DNA from: a virus
Lineage: Duplodnaviria; Heunggongvirae; Uroviricota; Caudoviricetes
IMG/VR virus record: IMGVR_UViG_2706794667_000003
DNA: 7,255 bases
Strand: one strand, 5' to 3'
Shown here piece after piece: positions 7,246-7,255 of this stretch. Each line of letters starts with the position of its first letter. Within the stretch, counting starts at the first letter, position 1. The notes under the pieces are model-generated. The model was not told the origin of the DNA and searched no databases. It worked only from the letters and a program-made list of their open reading frames with translations. The position numbers were made by a program, and so were the translations under genes.

Positions 7246-7255
7246 ATGCTGAGCA
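7246..7255 (+). CDS. First codons (MLS...) of an unidentified ORF running off the 3' edge of the window
   Basis: ATG at 7246 is preceded by GAAAGGA at 7232-7238 (7-nt spacing). Only 3 codons are visible, so no identification is possible. Confidence 0.2.

Noticed and set aside
1-7255. Looked for CRISPR repeats, tRNA or other structured RNA genes, IS terminal inverted repeats, and tandem or diversity-generating repeats
   Set aside because: No direct-repeat arrays, no tRNA-like cloverleaf candidates and no recognisable IS ends were found by eye. The window is fully accounted for by tail genes plus lom.

Overview
This window is a lambda-like (Siphoviridae-type) prophage tail-tip module on the + strand, in the same order as phage lambda: the 3' end of the tape measure gene H, then M, L, K, I, J, the lom moron and the N-terminal part of a side tail fibre gene (stf). 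Protein identities are recognised by reading the translations against lambda sequences recalled from memory; no database search was run. Everything is explained by this tail operon, and I see no sign of a separate novel multi-gene system, RNA gene, CRISPR array or IS element. The points worth a second look are a J (host-specificity) protein whose C-terminal third is a compositionally distinct mosaic, an stf gene cut off after about 108 codons with a new gene starting at the window edge, a tape measure gene that loses its reading frame at the 5' edge, and a 61-nt N run inside gene I that breaks the frame. All long minus-strand ORFs are codon-aligned antisense artefacts of the tail genes.
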